Shown: in pieces, positions 58,436-64,000 of the stretch
Position numbering within the stretch: position 1 is the first letter of the stretch
Layout: each line of letters starts with the position of its first letter
The notes under the pieces: generated by a model
Told to the model about the DNA's origin: nothing
The model's database searches: none
Seen by the model: only the letters and a program-made list of their open reading frames with translations
Made by a program: the position numbers and the translations under genes
Source: Octopus bimaculoides
Lineage: Eukaryota
Direction: 5' to 3'
DNA: 64,000 nucleotides
NCBI RefSeq assembly: GCF_001194135.2
Contig: NC_068982.1
Location: forward strand, 124,222,313 to 124,286,312

Positions 58436-61400
58436 TGTGGTCAGTACCGCTTCCTGTCTGATAGGAGGTAAACATAAAATGGCTATGGGGGTCCACCAAA
58501 ATAGTTGAGAATCTATGGTCTATGATGGGATTAAGATTTGATGAATCTACATTAGTAACAAGTAGGTCAGGTCAGAATTAGTTTTTGATAATTTTTATTT
58601 GTCTGTCCTATATTGTGCTGTAATTGCTGAATAATATGGAAACAATGTATTTAATCATAGCCTTTCCATGAACTCTACTTTGATGTGTTTTGTAGTAACC
58701 AAACATTTGTGAATGCTATGCATTTATGTATGTATGCATGCATGTATGTATGTATGTCAATGATATCTAACAATGAATTAACTGACAAAGAGAAGAACAG
58801 TTTAAAATAAGTCCTGACAACAATGTAATTAACCTCAATCATTCTCGGTAGTTTACCATTTGAAGAAGCTGCAATCAGAACCATCTCAGCTGTTAGGATA
58901 TAACCTTTATAAAAAGCTAAATACCCATTGCTGTTTATAAATCTATAATGTGTTATCTTTGTGTGTGTGTTTGTGTGCATGTGTGTACATGAATGTGTGT
59001 GTATGATATGTATATATGTATTAGGATACATGTTTCAGTTATTAGACTGGTGGTGCTGGGGCACCACCTTGAAGAACTATAATCAAATGAATTAGCCCCA
59101 CTACTTGTTTTTTAAAGCTTGGTATTTGTTCTGTCAGTCTATATTATAAATATATATATATGTATATACATGTGTACTTGTGTGTGAACGTTTATCAGAA
59201 CTACTAGTAAGCCAATATCAAAGAAAGGACTCAAAATGCTACCACATCAAGAATTGAATGCTTGATGAATAGAGCTTTAAATAATGAAGAGGAATAGTGC
59301 GAAGTTCAAGAAAAGAGTTGTGGAGGAAATTTTGCAAGTCTCATTTAAACTGGTTTCTTTTATTTTCACTTGTTTTGATTGGTTAATAAAATAGAAAATC
59401 TATTTTAAGCTGAAGTGCTGAATTTCAGTGTCTGTATTTAACCCTTTAGCATTCAGGTTACTCCACCAAGTGTAATTATTGACATTGCTTTGAATTAATG
59501 TGTTACCCTATACCTTTCAGATTTCAATGATGTGATTGTCATGGTAGAGTAGGAGTCAGAGGCCAGATCCGGCCAGTTTGAACATAAAACAAGTAGAATA
59601 TTTGGACCATATATGGTCAGTGTGAATGTTAAAGAATAACTATTATGAAATTAGTTTTAAATACTGTTTTAAAGTTTTTTGTAATGTTTGTGAAATCTAC
59701 AATTTTTTTAAATATCAAATTTGGCTTTGTTTCCTTTTTAACATTAATGTCATTACTACTACTACTGCTGCTACCAATGCCTTCCCTCATACAATTTTTG
59801 TCAACCCTTGGCCAAAGACTGATAGATTCTTTTCTTTGGGGTCATTTCTGACTTGCTATTTTTTCCAATATGGAAGAACCCTACCTAAAGGAAGTGGAAA
59901 GAGAAGGCTTATGAATTACAACCAAATACATTTTTAATGTATTTAGTTGTAATTACTTTACTAAGATTAGATGGTGACAACCAGAATGACTGACCTATAT
60001 GGATAAAAATATATTTACAACTCTGAAGCATATATATATACTGCCGACAACCTTGCCCCTATCTAGAAGCAGTGGAGCCTTGTCAGTGACCAGACTGTAA
60101 TTAAAGCAATGGAAATTGGTACCGAATAATCCTTTCTACTATAAGCACAAAACCTAAAATTTGGTGGGAGGGAGCTTATTTTTTACTTCAATTCCAGAGC
60201 TCAACTAGTACTTATCTGTTGACCTCTAAAGGATGAAAGGCAAAGTAAACCTCAGCAGAATTTGAATTCAGAATGTAAAGGCAGAAGAGCTACAACTCAG
60301 CATTTTGTCCAGTAGAGTTAATAACTATGCCAGCTTACCCAGATGGGTATACCAGGCTTCATATATTTGTACCCCAGTGTCACATTGCTGGCATGCGCTG
60401 CTCTCTCACTCAATACTACTATTACTACTACAGCTACTTATAATAGTAACCCTTTCTACTAAAGGCAAAAATCCTGTTATTTTCGGGGAAAAAACAAGTT
60501 GAATACATCAGCTCCCATCCTGAAAGAATGAAAGCCAAAGTTGACCTAGGTGGAATTTGAACTCAGAATGTTAAGACAGACGAAATGCCGCTAAGCAGTT
60601 TGCCCAACGTGCTAATGATCCTACCAGCTTCCCAACTTAATAATAATTCTTTCTACTATAGGCAAGAGCCTGAAATTGTTGGGGAGGGGACTAGTTGATT
60701 ACATCAACCCCAAATGTTTCACTGGTACTTATTTTATCGACTCCAAAAGGATGAAAGGCAAAATCGATCTTGGCGGAATTTGAACTCAGAATGTAGCAGC
60801 AGACAAAATACCGGTAAGCATTTTGCCTGGCATGCTGACGATTCTGCCAGCTTCCCAATTTAATAATAACAATAATAATAATAATGGTTACCATAAGTGA
60901 GATATTTTTGAGGGATAAAGTGAGAGAAAGCACTGGTCCTGAACTCAGTGAAACAGCGCCAACACTAAGCCATAAACCTGTAGATGAAAGACAGCAGGCT
61001 TATCAAAGGAAATCAATTTGTCATAGATTGCAGAAGTTTTAGTGCAATTTATCATGAAGTAATAATTTCTTCCCTTGAAAACTACATATGCAACCAGTCT
61101 GAATTTGCTCTGCCTAGTAGAAAGGATTACTATTATAAGTAGCAGTAGTAGTAATAGTAGTATAAGTGAACATTTATAATGTTCATGGAAATATTGGTCC
61201 TGGCATGGATTTGATGGATGAAAAAAAAATAAACAAACATATTAAGTATTGAAGAATTACACAAAAAAGTTGTGGACATGAAAAATTTTTTCACTTTATC
61301 AAAAGTCCAGAGTAGAATTCTTGCTGGCAAACCATGTCTGATATCCTCACGCAATTTGTTAAAAATAACCCGGCAAATCTCCTCTGTAAAATTTTACAAT

Positions 61401-62295
61401 CGCAAGTCATTTGTACCTGAAAACGAATATGACAGTGAAAACCAATTTTGGCCCAAAGCCTGCCTCCTTATATTGAGTAAAAAAAACAACACAAAACAAA
61501 TAGAAACTCTCAAATTTAGCATCCCAATGAAGGGTTACAAGCAAAAATGGTTTGCAAACATGTAAATTAGATCAAAATGGCTTAACGGTAAAAAAAAAAA
61601 GGTTGGAAGAAGTACGAGGAAACTTGCTGGACAAAGATTTGGGCATCTTTCGTTAAAGAATTATATTATTTTATTAATGTAATAATGGTTTATTGTATCC
61701 CAAACTGTTCTGCTTGTGTTTGGAGGCTGTTGTTTATAGCCAAACTTGGACCAGCTAGGGTATTGACAGAAAAAAACAGCTAATTTATTTATGAAGCATT
61801 GGACAGCACTTCTGACCAATATTTCTAAACATGTGTAGAAAGATAGACAGGCTTGAAGCAGATCTGGAGTAGAGAGAATATGTCTTTGATGAGGTTGCAA
61901 ATGACAGTGATAAAATTTTGACAAACCTAGCTGACCAGTTGACTCATAATATTATCAACGATTAATAAAATAATTGGTTAAATGGTTAATCAGCTGACAA
62001 ATAAAAAATAAAGGAGTGAAATGGAACCAGTGTGTGTGTTTATTATTGGCATAATGACCGTCCTGAGATGCAACAGAAAATATTTCAACACACGAGTCCG
62101 CATGAAAATTTTGCAAACCTAATACGTAAACGAAATGCACAAATTAGGTATTATTTAGAGCAAAATTGCATATAACCTATGCGTAATCTGTGCTAAATCG
62201 AAACTTTTTTTACTGAAATTTGAATAGCAATAGAACTGGCTCAAACTGTTTTTTAAAAGTACATGATGGATGACAATTTCCCTGACATAAAGCAC

Positions 62296-62700
62296 TTTTC
62301 AATGAGTTCACTAATATTTGTTCGTTCTGTAAATATTTTTCAAATGATAATCAACTATAATTATTCCTTGTTTTGTACAATTGAAAGATACACGTATAAG
62401 ATTAGTGATAAAAGTAACCATTAAACAATTTTTCTGACATTTTCAACGAGAGCTCCAATATTTGTTCGTTTTGTAAATGTTTTTCAAATGATATTCAACT
62501 ATAATCCTTCACTGTCTTGTATGATTGGAAGATACGCTTATAATAAAATTAGAGTGATAAAAGTAACCATTAAACAGTTTTTCTGACGTTAAGCAATTTT
62601 CAGTGAGATTTCCAATATTTGTTTTGTAAATATTTTTCAAAAAATAAACTATAAATAATCCTCCCCTGTCTTGTACAAATGGAAGATATGCACTCATATA
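62296..62700. repeat. ~145-155-bp tandem repeat, about 2.7 copies
   Basis: Units begin ttttcaatgag (62296), ttttcaacgag (62441) and ttttcagtgag (about 62598), sharing aatatttgtt...caactataa...gtgataaaagtaaccattaaaca. Confidence 0.85.
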
Positions 62701-64000
62701 ATAACACTTCAAAGACAACAGTAATCATTATTCGGAATCATGTTTGCTGTGCTTACTATAATGTACTTTCGATCAATAATAGACACTATAACAACGTGCA
62801 TATTTGGTAAAAATAGTCGTTGGAGCCTGCTGCGGTCAGAGTATACAGGATGCGTAAATTGTGCAGTGATCAATTTTTCTAATTTTATATCCCAAGTCAC
62901 AGCAATGAAATCGCATAGTGAAACATTAATCCAAGTAAAACAGTGATACGAACCTCTTTTCTTCCAGAAGGGTGATCTAACTGATTTCCCACTTTCACAT
63001 CAAACTCTAATCATGCTAAATTGATTTAGTCACGTGAACATTGGATTGAGTCATATGACGAAGTAAATATAAAATGCGCGGTGCGACTACATGAATGGTA
63101 CAGTGGTCGCCATAACACTTAGAAAAGCATGACCATTTCAATTCTTATGAGACGGCCAATCTTTTCCTGATAATATGAGCAATGTTGGGAAAATAATATC
63201 AGTGTTCCAACGGAGAATGAAAGACAAAAACCTTACAATATTAAAAATATCTCATTGAAAACGAAGGCATTTAAAAATAATCTGTATATTACTATTGTCA
63301 TTGGGAAAAGAAGGAAATTTACCAACATTCATTTTAATTTGACTTCCTAAAGTTACCAAGAATGATAGATAAGATTGTATAATATAGACATTTGCTACTG
63401 TTGTTCAGTCAGTTCCCAAGTTAACCTTGATCAACCTAAGATAAAAATGTTCTAGCCGTGACCGTTTCGTCTTTCCAGCCAGCTTATCTCAGACGATATC
63501 ATCCAAAATGTCATTCCTTTATTGTTCTTTAAAACCTATTGTGTACTTTAAGAACGATATAGTTGCAATTTCTAACAGATCAAGCGTTTCTTTATTTGAC
63601 TTGTAAATGGCTGTTAATGCTTTTTGTCTGATTTGAGAGGTATATGAGGGACATTTGGTCGTTATTTCTGGCAGGTTTAGTAGCTTGGCTGGCATTTGTA
63701 GCATTCTTTTCATTATTTAAACCCACAATATCCTAGACTATATTATCCAGTGTATCAATCCAGTTGCATTGTGTAGGTAGGAATGTGGGGTGGTCCGCCC
63801 GGGTGACGTTTTTGAGTCCGTTGTATGAGCCTATATAGCAGTGATTCTCAACTCGAGTTCATATGGCCTTTGGAGATCCATATAAAATTTGACTAAAATT
63901 TATGTGCAATAAATTGGTTATACTTCTACAATACATAAAATATTTTTAATATTTTATACAATTCCTATTAATATTTAATCACACAGGAGGTTTTCTTTAT

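Noticed and set aside
63106-63118. GTCGCCATAACAC as an RFX X-box
   Set aside because: The right half-site does not match RGYAAC.

Overview
AT-rich, repeat-dense eukaryotic genomic DNA. The SINE/RTE/MITE landscape is consistent with an octopus-like cephalopod (inference). The + strand carries the 3' half of a CEP290 orthologue: 24 visible GT-AG coding exons from 422 to the stop at 46943, about 1130 aa. One further exon must lie in the N-gap at 21793-22358, because the flanking exon phases do not match. No other gene is recognised. Introns and the downstream region are filled with tRNA-derived SINEs (working labels A, B, G, D, H), an RTE-LINE 3'-end repeat (label C), RTE/CR1/pogo/piggyBac remnants, TTAA-flanked piggyBac-type MITEs (labels E, F), hAT, Harbinger and Helitron/Helentron-type elements, microsatellites and 5 assembly gaps. 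The most notable observation is a minimal type I hammerhead ribozyme fold with a compensatory U3-A8 core. It lies on the minus strand at 19312-19363, inside a structured ~280-bp retrozyme/Penelope-like insert. Other highlights are two near-perfect ~45-bp intronic hairpins, a modular SINE system sharing the RTE tail, an RTE with a PHD-type finger, and several nested or cargo-carrying MITEs. Exon coordinates were read directly from the sequence. Repeat boundaries are approximate, and family names rest on recalled motifs, not database searches.
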